Source: Mobula hypostoma
Taxonomy: Eukaryota
Reading direction: 5' to 3'
Assembly (NCBI RefSeq): GCF_963921235.1
Contig: NC_086097.1
Coordinates: 73,162,001-73,226,000 of the forward strand
DNA length: 64,000 bases
Translations under genes and position numbers: made by a program
Shown here: positions 49,824-60,725 of the stretch, piece after piece
How the letters are laid out: every line of letters begins with the position of its first letter
Position numbering within the stretch: the stretch's first letter is position 1
The notes under the pieces: generated by a model
Database searches by the model: none
What the model was told of the DNA's origin: nothing
Seen by the model: the letters and a program-made list of their open reading frames with translations, nothing else

Positions 49824-52123
49824 ACACACAAAATGCTGGAGGAACTCAGCAGGCCAGGCAGCATCTATGGAAAAGAATAAACAGTCGACGTTTCAAGCCG
49901 AGACCCTTCCTCGGGACTGGAAGGAAAATGAGACGTCAAAGCAAGAGATGGGAGGAGGGGATGAAGAAGTACAGGGTGGTAAGTGTTAGATGAAACCAGG
50001 AGACGGGGAAGGGATGAAGTAAAGAGTTGGCAAGTTGATTGGTGAAATGGATAAAAGACTAGAGAAAGGACAATCTTATAGGAGAGGGTAGAAGACCATG
50101 GAAGAAAGAAGAGGGAGGAGCACAGGGAGGTGATAGGCAGATAAGGAGGTAAGGTGAGAGAGGGAAACAGGAATGGGGGAATGGTGAAGGGGTTGCAATT
50201 ACTGGAAGTTTGAGTAATCAAGGTTCATGCCATCAGGTTGGAGGCTATATAGGTGGAAAATAAGGTGTTGCTCCTTCAACCTGAGTGTGGCCTCATCATG
50301 ATAGTAGAGGAGCCCATGGACAGACGTGTTGAAGTGGGATGTAGAATTGAAATGGATGGCCACCGGGCAATCCCGCATTTTTTGGTAGATGGAGCATATG
50401 TGCTAAGTGAAGTCTTCTCCCATCCTATGTCAGTCTCACAGATTGTACAGGAGGCCACACTGGGAGCACCACCGGATGCAGTTGATGAACCCAATAGACT
50501 GACAGGTGATGTGCCGCCTCACCTGGAAGATCTGTTTGGGGCCCTGAATGGTAGTGAGTAAGGAGATGTAGGGACAGGTGAGTCACTTGTTCTGCTTGCA
50601 AGGATAAGTGCCAGGAAGGAGATCAGTGGGGAGGGATGGATGGACAAGGGAGTGATCCCTGCAGAAAGTGGGTGGCGGAGGTGGTGCTTGGTGGTACGAT
50701 CCTGTTGAAAATTGCAAAACTTACGGAGAATTATATGCTGGACGCAGAGGCTAGTGGGGTGGTAGGTGAGGAAAAGTGGAACCCTATCCCTGATGGGGTG
50801 GCAGGAGGATGGGTGAGGGCAGACGTGCATGAACTGGAAGAGATGTGGGTGAGGGCAGTGTTGATGGTAGAGGAATGAAAGCCCCTTTCTTTGAAGGAGG
50901 ATGTCTCATTAGTTCTGGAATGAAAAGCCTCATCCTGAGAGCAGATGCGGTGGAGATGAAGGAAGTGAGAGAAGGGGGTGGCATTTTCACAAGTGACTGG
51001 GTGGGAAGAGATGTAGTCCAGGTAGCTGGAGTCATTGGGTTTATAAGAGATATCAGTAGGTAGACATACTGTCCCCAGAGATGGAGACAGAGATCGAGAA
51101 ATTGGAGGAAGATGTTGGAGGTGGACCAGGTAAATATGATGGCAGGGCAGAAGTTGGAGGCAAAGTTGACGAGCTCAGCATAGGAGCGGGAAGCAGCACC
51201 AATGCAGTCATCAATGTGGTGAAGCATAAGCTGGGGTGCGTTACCAGTGTAGACATGGAACATAGAATGTTCCGCATTGCCGACAAAAAGGCAGGCATAG
51301 CTGGGACCCATGCGAGTGCCCATGGCTACACCTTTTGTCTGAAGGAAGTGGGAGGAAGCAAAGAAGAAATTGAAGAGGGACTTTCCTTCCTCCACCAGCA
51401 ACACTGCCCCCACGCACATCTCTTCCATTTCACGCATGTCTGCCCTCACCCTATCCTCCCTCCACCCCATCAGGGATAGGGTTCCTCTTGTCCTCACCTA
51501 CCACCCCACTAGCCTACACGTCCAGCATATAATTCTCCATATCTTTTGCCACCTCCGGCAGTATCCTACCACCAAGCACATTTTTCCTTCCTCTCCACTT
51601 TCCACTTTCCGCAGGGATCACTCTTTGCACGACTCTGTCCTCCCCACTGATCTCCCTCCAGGTACTTGTACTTACAAGCAGAACGAGTGCGACATCTGCC
51701 ACTGCACCTCCTCCATCACTACCATTCAGGGCCCCAAACCGTCCTTCCAGGTAAGGTGACACTTCACCTGTGAGTCTGTTAGGGTCATCTAATCGGTGCT
51801 TCCGGTGTGGCCTCTTATATATCCGTGAAACCCAACATAGATTGCGAAACTGCTTCGCCAAGCACCTACTTCCTCTCTTCCCCTCTCCCAGTTTCACCTA
51901 CAAGCTGCCATCTTGTACTTCCTTTCCTCCCCTCTTCTCTCCACCCCCCCTCCCCCCCCCCCACAACTTCTTGCCCTGACTTCTCATCTTTGTTTTTCCA
52001 GACCGGATGAAGGGTCTCAGCCTGAAAGGTCTACTGTTCACTCTTTTCCACAGACGCTGCCTGGTCTGCTGGGATCCTGCAGCATTTTGTGTGTTTCTTG
52101 GATTTCCAGCATCTCATGTCAAT
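49824..52123. mobile_element. Inverted PLE pair (minus arm to ~51365, plus arm from ~51370) inserted as one unit
   Basis: 10-bp TSD TCTTTAATGA; RT and GIY-YIG remnants; hammerhead motifs at 49882-49919 (-) and 51999-52036 (+). Confidence 0.88.
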
Positions 52124-52645
52124 TCTTTAATGATGTATGTCAACTGGCTGAGTCTACTACTTTATTTGCAGGTGAACATTTACCTTGGGTGTGCAATTTA
52201 ATAATTGTATCTAGCACATAGTCATGGAGAGAGGGGCAGTTGATGCAAAATATTTTTACCTATTTTTGATTTAAAAGTTCCTCCAGAACCATGATCCTGG
52301 AGGAGCGTTGTTTCGTTTTTGCTGTGTACTGTAACAGCAGTTTATGGTCGAAATGACAATAAAAAGTGACTCGACTTGACTTGATCTTTGGTCTAAGTTA
52401 TTGAATCATTTATCTTTCCCAATTTAATTTTGGAAATTAAAAAATATGAAATGTGTATAATTTCCAGTGAACATAGAATAGACTTCAGCCATAACTTTCA
52501 TTTCATGAATGGTGTAATAAATGATCAGTTGTGGATTATCACCACTTTAGTATAGTTCTACAGTACAGATTCTTCTCAGTGGAATGGAGAAAAATAGCTT
52601 AAACTAGACAACGAGGTGACCCGTTGGGGCACCCTTTGAGAGAAG

Positions 52646-53277
52646 TGTAAGGGGTTTCTTCTTTTATGTTACTGCTAAGGCTAATAAAATGGCTTCTTTG
52701 TTATGTTATAATAAAAATGTCTTTTCTGTAATAATAACTGCGATGTAAGGAGTTCTCTCTCTCTCTGCTTGTTTGGCTTATATTATTGATAAGACAGGGG
52801 GCGAACCAATGAGCGTCCCTGTTCCTCTTTTTGTGGGTGATATTCTGTCTCATATGGGTGAGAACCATGTGGTTTGGGGAGCTTTCGGGAGGAGACCCGG
52901 AGAGGAAGAACGTGCTGGACACACTCTGGTCGACCACTGTGGTTGGTCCCGAGTGGCGAGTTGAGGGGGTCGGAGGGGATTGAATGGTGGAAAGAAGACC
53001 CCATTAATTGAGCTCCAACTGTTGTGCATGAAGTGGTTGAACTCTAAGTCTAGCGCCTTTTACTTTCCCTTTTATATTGTATCTCTATTAATTACATAGA
53101 TCCAGTGAGATTTACAAAGTGTAATCTGTAAATCATATATTGTGTGCTGTCTGATATTTGATGTGTGGGTTTGTACCAGGTGGCATTACACAGCAACTGC
53201 GCAACCGTGAGACACGGTTTGGCGGGCGGATGAGGTTTCCCCTAGATAAACACGAGCGGATAGACCTGAGCGTTACA
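52646..53277 (+). mobile_element. Solo LTR, 632 bp
   Basis: TGTAA...TTACA ends; 4-bp TSD GAAG; orientation tentative. Confidence 0.85.
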
Positions 53278-53559
53278 GAAGGGTTGTGCAGTCTGATGTG
53301 ACCAGAATGAACATTAAATTTTCCTGAATGCTATTGGTATTGCTTTGCTTTGGAAACTCAGTAGAAAACCTCAGTTTATTAAAGAAGAATGATGCATAGC
53401 AAAGCAAATATAGCTGCTCCTCATTTAATGAAGGACACTTTTGATGGCATCATTTCTGGTTTATCTGCCAGCCTTGTGCCTCTTCTTGTCATTGTGGAGA
53501 TGTGCAGCCCTTTCATCCCCCATCTCTTCAACTCTTCTGCTGTTTGTTGTTTGTCCTAG

Positions 53560-54362
53560 TGCGCATCCACCAGTCGTGCATGCAGCCTGGTACAGCCATT
53601 TCGATCTATTCTTTTACTTTCTTCTTCTTACTTTTTAATTTAAGTTATTTTTTGTATTTTTTTCTCACGGTAACACGTCGAAGCTGCACCCTCTCTAATA
53701 TGCTGGTAGAGAGAGTTTTATTTGGGTTTTCCTTAGCGCTGGAAATGCTTACATCCGACACGCGGGACAGACGCAAGGTCGCATTGTGTATTCCACGGAG
53801 CAGTAAATTCCAGTCGGCTTAGCGAGCAGAGCGGCAGACACCCCTGCTGAAATCCAGAGGAGAAAACACAGAGGGGGATCACAAAGCCAAGGAAAGAGGA
53901 CCAGGTCGAGACAACAGAGTCTTTTGGAGAAGAAGATTTCGGTGGGTAATACCGTTCCGTCTGACCGGAAGTGCACCGAGAGCAGTAAGCTGCGTGAAGG
54001 AGTGGGGTGCTTACTGATCTGGCTAACAACGGATGGTGCAATCCGGGGTATATTACGATCGAGGAACATGTTTGCAGACTGGATATTGAACCTTTTACTG
54101 TTGGACTTCAGCTACATTCCACCGTGATACAACACTTAGCGGCACGGGAGGTTGAACGTGCAGCTCCTCCTGTGGAGGGTCAGACACCCTGAACCAATAG
54201 ACTGGTCCTGGACTTACTTTCCATCTGGCATAGTTTTGCATTTTGTTGTTTGATTGTTGGGGTTTTTTGTATTGCTATATTTACGCTCTATTCTTGGTTG
54301 GTGCGGCTGTAACGAAACCAAATTTCCCTCTGGATTAATAAAGCATATCTATCTATCTATCT
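53560..54362 (+). mobile_element. Internally deleted Rex1-type LINE (5' part and EN fragment joined to the 3' tail)
   Basis: NNGWCNPGYITIEEHVCRLDIEPFTVGL (EN); AATAAA followed by (ATCT)n tail. Confidence 0.65.
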
Positions 54363-54789
54363 GTCTCTGATCCTGGAGACATGCATGCCTCTCCTTCTCT
54401 GTCTGTTCTTCTCTCATCTTTTTTTGTCCTGACTGTTTGATCCTGGAGTCGTGCAGCCCTGGCCTCATCCAATTCTTGTTCTCTCCCTCTCCTTGCCACT
54501 TCCCGACGACGTTTGGTGTCACCTCTTGACCATAATGTCCCCCTTCCCTTTCCACGCGGCATAATTGGGCTGACCTTTATTTTTTTTTACCCTAATGCTG
54601 GATAGAAGATACGAAACACTAACACCAAAGGATGCTGATTCTTCTTGATGATGTGGTTGGCGCTCTCCTAAGTGGATGTGATATAGTCACCGCTGTTCTT
54701 TGACTGCAGCAAAGGGTTTTATGGGTGTCTCGAAGTACGTCATTACAATAAGATTTAATTATCTCTTATTGATGGGTGGCAGTTAGATC

Positions 54790-54870
54790 TGTCCCAATCC
54801 TGCAGAGAGCTGCCCTGTCCTTTTGCGCATGCGTCAGGCTGTCGCGTCTCGATTTCCATGATGGCCGATC
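54790..54870 (+). promoter_or_regulatory. CpG-rich promoter: CCAAT (54794), NRF1-like TGCGCATGCG (54824), YY1-like ATGATGGCCG over the start codon
   Basis: Motif cluster in a local CpG peak within otherwise CpG-depleted, non-repeat DNA. Confidence 0.65.
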
Positions 54871-54956
54871 GGGTCTCGGGTGAAAGCCAGCCTGTTGATT
54901 TTTGGCGAATGAGGAACTTTATACGAATATATAACCCTGAACTTTGCCTGCATTCT
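54858..54956 (+). CDS. Probable first coding exon, MMADRVSGESQPVDFWRMRNFIRIYNPELCLHS (unidentified gene)
   Basis: 33 open codons ending at a consensus GTAAGT donor, phase 0. Confidence 0.55.
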
Positions 54957-55859
54957 GTAAGTTAGCGCATTTTAATTCGATTTAGCCAAAAAAAATGCCA
55001 CTGTAATGCACCATTTGCGCTAATTGGAGGTCACAAACAGACAGACAGAGCATGAGAGCTTTAGGAGTATATAGATAAGAGAAAGTTTAACGTTGTCCCA
55101 GTTGACAACCCATGATCAGACTTGTCTCCAGGCCTCATTTAAACCAATAATATATTTCATTAATTATTGGCTGGTTTGCTTTCATGATGTGAAACATTAG
55201 TTGAAAATAATGGGCAATCAGACATGCACAAGGGAAATGCCAGATATCAATTGTTGTAGGTTACTTGAGTTCTGTTGTTATGCTAATTAAAGTGTAGATG
55301 GTAATTCTGATGGTTTCCCAAGTTAGTTTTATGAGAAAATATGTACAAAGCAAAAATCTTGTCTACAAATTCTCTATTGCAATGAAGTATTGGCATAAAG
55401 GCTTGGCTTTTGTCCTACTGATGTGCCATGAGCCCACTACTTTTGTCATGTGATTCTTTTTAATAGTTAACGAAGGCAAATTGGGTCCAGATTAAGAAGT
55501 AATAGGACTTCTTTATCTGTTGACATGCATTATTAGAGTTTATTGAGAGCTACTGCAAGCTTATCAGCAACTATTAAATTTGCTCTTTCATTTGGCTTGT
55601 GCATTGGACAGCTATGTAGTTTTGTTGCCATTTGTTTGCAGTATGTGGGGGAGGACTGCTCCTGCCAAAAGCTGTGCTTGGAATCCAGTTCAAGCTTATA
55701 GCAATCAGTTTATACATATATACAACCAAATGAAACAATGTTCCTCTGGACTACTGTGTACCCACAAAATATATATCACACATAGCACATAAAGCAAAAT
55801 ATTACTGTACCATAAATAAGTTAGTAATGATACAATGTGCTGGACTATTAAAATTTCAC

Positions 55860-56056
55860 ATACACAATGCTGGTGGAACACAGCAGGCCAGGCAGCATCT
55901 ATAGGAAGAGGTACAGTCTACGTTTCAGGCCAAGACCCTTTGTCCAAGGGTGGATTTTACCTCTTCCTATATATGCTGCCTGGCCTGCTGCGTTCCACCG
56001 GCATTTTGTGTGTGTTGCTTGAATTTCCAGCGTCTGCAGATTCTCTTGTGTTTGCA
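55860..56056. mobile_element. PLE-derived mini-hairpin insertion
   Basis: ~55-bp inverted arms; TSD TAT(T/C)AAAATTTCAC; partial hammerhead at the turn. Confidence 0.8.
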
Positions 56057-58564
56057 TATCAAAATTTCACTTTGTTCTTGGCAAATTTGTCAATGTTTCT
56101 TGGATGGGCATAGTGGAACAGACTTGTTAACATGTTCAGCTAACAGGTAGCATAAATGTTGCTTAATGCAAGTGACCACATTTTAAATCTACAAATTAAG
56201 TTTTCACATGATAGGTCATCTCAACCTTAAGAGCAATTCATTTTCTCAATAGTACTTTAAAAAGAAGGCTGAAAGTGTGAGATCAGAAGTAATTGATCCA
56301 AGTTCAGGAGGAATCACTAGAATGGGCAACCAAAATCTTGGCTCTCTAAGTGGGTTTTATAGGAAGATCTTGAAGTAGTGGAGAACATTAGAGAAGCAGG
56401 GGGCTTTAAGAAGTGAATATAAAATTAATAAACATGATTGGATAAAGATCTAGTCACCAGAGGTATGGATGCATAGGCTGCCCAAGCTATGATGCTGTTT
56501 ATACCTAGCTGCTTTAAACTACAGCAACATCATAAAGCCAATTATAAGTGGCAGTGCTTCATACTCTGCAAAAATTAGGTGTTTGCCCAAGGATATTTTT
56601 TAGCTAAGGTTGAGACCAGTTGAATCCCTTTAGCTAAAAAGGTAGCAGGGGCCCCAGTCATAACATCTGTATTAGAATTTGTTCCGTTTTTTTAAAATCC
56701 TCTGCTCTTTTACTCTAAAGTTCACAACTTTGTGACTCAGCCAATAAATATGCCTATTTGAGGGAACCATTTGTGTTGGTATGCAATCATGCCACAGTTT
56801 CTATTTGTGTTACGGAACATTGAACTTTCTGTAAGTGTATCGTACAGTAAATTGGCTGAGTATATTTATAAATTTTACAAGTGAATATTTTCCTTGCTTT
56901 GGCTTAAAAAAGCATTAGAAGAAGCTTTATGGATTACTTTATTCAAAGGAACAATGTAATGAGCTTTCCAAGTGAGAGTTAAAGCCAACTCCAATGCTGT
57001 TGCTGCATACAACTGAAATAAGAATATTAATACTCCAGAGCAGGTAATTTCAATATCAGTCATACTTGGATTGGAAAAGTGTGATGGATTGGAAAAGTGT
57101 GATGGTTGAAACTGAACACCTCCATTCCACACTGATTCAAAATGTCCTGAAACTTTGAACAATGATGAAGCATGTTGGCTGGCTAATGTTAATGGATTTA
57201 ATGTGCCCTGTACTTTGTTCAAACGTTAGTCTGTCTACTTAATTTTCAGCAGAAATTACAAGTTCATTCTGAAAATCCTGTGGCAATGGGATAAATCAAA
57301 ATTTGATGTTTGTGAATTGGAAAATACATGAGCCACTCAACTTCTCGACTACACTTTGTTTTTGTTAAGCTCTACCTTTAGTTTGGTGAATAACATTTTT
57401 TAACTACATGTCTGCCATACATTAGTCCACCTCATAAAATAGTAACCTGGTCCAGTGTTCTCCACCAACTTACGAGAGGAAACTGGGATGGAGTAATTAA
57501 TTTATTGTCTAGAAATAGCAGGTAGAGGAGAAAAAAGATGTTTATGGTTGATGGAATACCAATCAAGCTCTGCACTCATCCATGTACTCCATCGTCCTCC
57601 TGATTTGTACCTTGCAGATGTTGGAAAGCTTTGGTGTGTGAGGTTGTGAGGCATTCATAACAGTCTCTGACCTAAGTTGTTGCCATGACATGTAGATGGC
57701 TGGTTAATTGAGTTGCTGATTGGGTGACAACCACAGCATATTGATGGTGGGGGACTTCCAATCAAAGTAACAAGTGTCCAAGCTCAGCATTAATCGAAAA
57801 GAGAGATCGTATTTCAAGTTGCAAGAGAGTGGGGTACATAATTGGTATACAAGCTTTACTCAGATCCTGTTTAGAGTAGCTGATCCCCATTTTTTTTACA
57901 GCTCTGCTCAATACAGAAACAGTGAAGACAACAACTCTGTGAATCTTCTGAAATGTAATTATTTCCCTTTCCATTTAATAGAAATCAGCTGGAAAATAAT
58001 AATGATACCTTTTGCTCACTAATGGAATATTTTAAACAATTTCCTCTTATCGACTGATCCAACATTTTAGAAAGACCTTTGCATTTTCTCAGAACTCTTG
58101 CATAATCATCAGTCAAACTTTTGCCTTTCCACATTGTGAATTGCTCTTTTGGGTAACTATAATTCGGAAAATATTAGTCAGTATTTCTGTTCTACTTCAC
58201 TTCTGTACTAGATTTGTCTAAAATTCCTGGCTCCAGTCAATTCTTGTGTAGTTTGCAGTCTGGGACAAGCTGTGTACAAAACTACTGATGCATTCATGTC
58301 CTGACCTCCTGACATGCAGTTAGATATAGCACAATTAATGCTGTAGTTTGTGTTTTTTTTTCTTTTTGCAAAGTAATTGTCCAAAATCTAAAGATTGTTT
58401 TACTATGTGTATTAAAAAAAATTCAGTAATTATTCCAATTAAGTATATAACTATTTTTCAGTCAATAATTTAAAGTGTAGTTGTAATCCTGTTGTCTTTT
58501 TTCCCTTTTTATTTATAGTTGTAATTGGATTTGACCCTTAATGCTAACCAAGAGATATCTAAAT

Positions 58565-58815
58565 ATTCTCCCAATTTCTCCAAACTCAAGGTGTAGCTAT
58601 GGGCACCCATATGATCCCCAACGATGCCTGCCTTTTCGTTAGCTACATGGAACAACCCATGTTCTGAGCCTTCCCTGGTAATGCTCCCAACACTTTCTGC
58701 ACTACATTGACAATTGCATTGGTGCTGCTTCATGCACCCACATTGAGCTTGTCAATTTCATCAACTTTGCTGCTTACTACTTACTACTTACTACTACTAC
58801 TACTTACTACTACTG

Positions 58816-58849
<34 letters not shown>

Positions 58850-58858
58850 AACTACACT

Positions 58859-58890
<32 letters not shown>

Positions 58891-60450
58891 CGCTACCACT
58901 ACCACTACCACAAGAAAATGGCGCCAGTAAGCAACGCAGTCAAGGGCGACATCCCCCGGGTGGTTCATGAAACTACTTATTTCACTTCTTTTACGCCTTT
59001 TTCTTTCAAATATGGTTCTGCTACTGTTAGCGCCTGTGGTCTACACTTTGTTGGTGTGTTTTCAGACCAACTGAGCAATCTAATGCTTCGCTGTCTCCAA
59101 AAAGGTTCCATGATTTTTGAGCGAAGTGTGTGGACTAGAGACAGGGCACAAGCACATGATCAATTCCATTTCTCGCCAATCATGCAGATTAAAGTGCCGA
59201 GGAATATTGAAATCATTGAGGCAAGAGTGGATGTTCAGCGCAGTATATCTGCTGTCAGACCAACAACTGTCTACCAACATCTTTTATAAACCTACTGATT
59301 CCCATAGCTAACTTGACTATACGTCTTCCCAATCTGTCTCCTGTAAAAATGTCATTTCCTTTTATCAATTCCTTCGTCTCTACTGCATCTGTTTCCTTGA
59401 TGAGGCTTTCTTTTCGAAGACATCAGAGATGTCCTCCTCCTTTAAAGAACGGAGCTTCTCTTCCTTCATTGATACTGCCCTCACATGCATTCTCCTCCAT
59501 TTCCCAGACATCCTCTTTCACCCCATCTTCCCAGAGCTTTAAAGTTCCCCTTCTCCTCACCTACCACCTCATGAGCCTACACATCCAACACATCATTCTT
59601 CACAACTTCTATCATCTTCAACAGGGCCCCCCTCCCCCCCTCCCCCTGCACAGGGATTGCTCCCTCCCTGCGTCCCTTGTCCATTCATCCCTTCCCACTA
59701 ATCTCCCTCCAGACACTTAGCCCTGCAAAAGGCAGAAGTGCCACACCTGCCCATTCACCTCCTCCCTCACCTTCATTCAGAGCCCCAAATAGTCCTTTCA
59801 GGTAAACTAACACTTCACCTGCAAATCTATCGGGGTCGTCTACTGTATCAGGTGCTCCTAATGTGGCCTTCTCTACATTGATAAGTTCTACCATTTCAAT
59901 TTGTATCCCCATTCACATTCCAATCTGTCAAACCATAGCCACCTCTCCTTCCACAGTGAGGCCACTTGCAAGTTGGAAGAGCAACGCCTCATATTCCATG
60001 TTGATAGCCTCCAACCTTATGGCATGAACATCTTTTTATCCAACTTCTGATTTTTTTTTTTCCTATCTCCTTTCCCTCTTATTCAATTCCCCACCTTGGC
60101 CTCTTATCTCTTCTCCTCACTTGCCTATCACCTCCCCCTTGTGCCTCTCCTCTTTCCCTTTTTTCTATGGTCCACTCTCCTCTCCTTTCAGATTCCTTCT
60201 TCTCCAGCCCTTCACCTTTTCCACCTATCACCTCTCAGCTTCTTACTTCATCCCCAATTTGCACCCAAGTTTCATCATCACATTCCAGCTTGTCCTCCTT
60301 CCCTTCCTCTCCCCACCACCACCTTATTCTGGCATCTTCCCCCTTCCTTTCCAGTCCAATCTTGGACCAAAGTGTCAACTATTCATTTATTTTCATAGAT
60401 GTTGCCCTTCTTGCTGAGTTCCAGCATTTAGTGTGTGTAGCTGTAAATAT
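58565..60450 (+). mobile_element. Decayed PLE 3' half with an internal insert
   Basis: ggtgtagctatgggcaccc; YID; CHTCP linker; pyrimidine-rich tail. Confidence 0.8.
58774..58910. repeat. (CTA)n/(CCA)n microsatellite
   Basis: Direct reading. Confidence 0.95.
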
Positions 60451-60567
60451 TTTGTTCAATTTCATCAGGTTCTGGCTGTCTTTGTCATGTGACATCAATT
60501 ATGTTTTAAAATCCTTCATTATTACCTGATACTGATCTCTCATTGTCACTGGCTTACAGTGACTAGT

Positions 60568-60718
60568 TCACAGTAGCATAGCAGTTAGCATAGCACTTTG
60601 CAGCATCAGTGACTGAGGTTCAATTCCCACCACTATCTGCAAGGAATTTGTATGGTCTCCAAGTGATCAAGCGGGCCATCTCTGGTTGCTTCAGTTTCCT
60701 CCCACAATCCAAAGATGA
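60568..60718 (+). mobile_element. V-SINE-like 5' part; the remainder appears to resume at ~63463-63580 after the CR1 insertion
   Basis: A/B-box-like TAGCATAGCAG and GGTTCAATTCC; GTTTCCTCCCACAATCCAAAGA V-domain motif. Confidence 0.6.
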
Positions 60719-60725
60719 ATTGATA

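Noticed and set aside
56875..57222. 115-aa minus-strand ORF with an SHFSNP repeat
   Set aside because: The repeat is an 18-bp tandem duplication; no recognisable homology, and the splice options imply an implausibly short intron.
58707..58970. Poly-Thr/poly-Leu protein
   Set aside because: Translation of the (CTA)n microsatellite.
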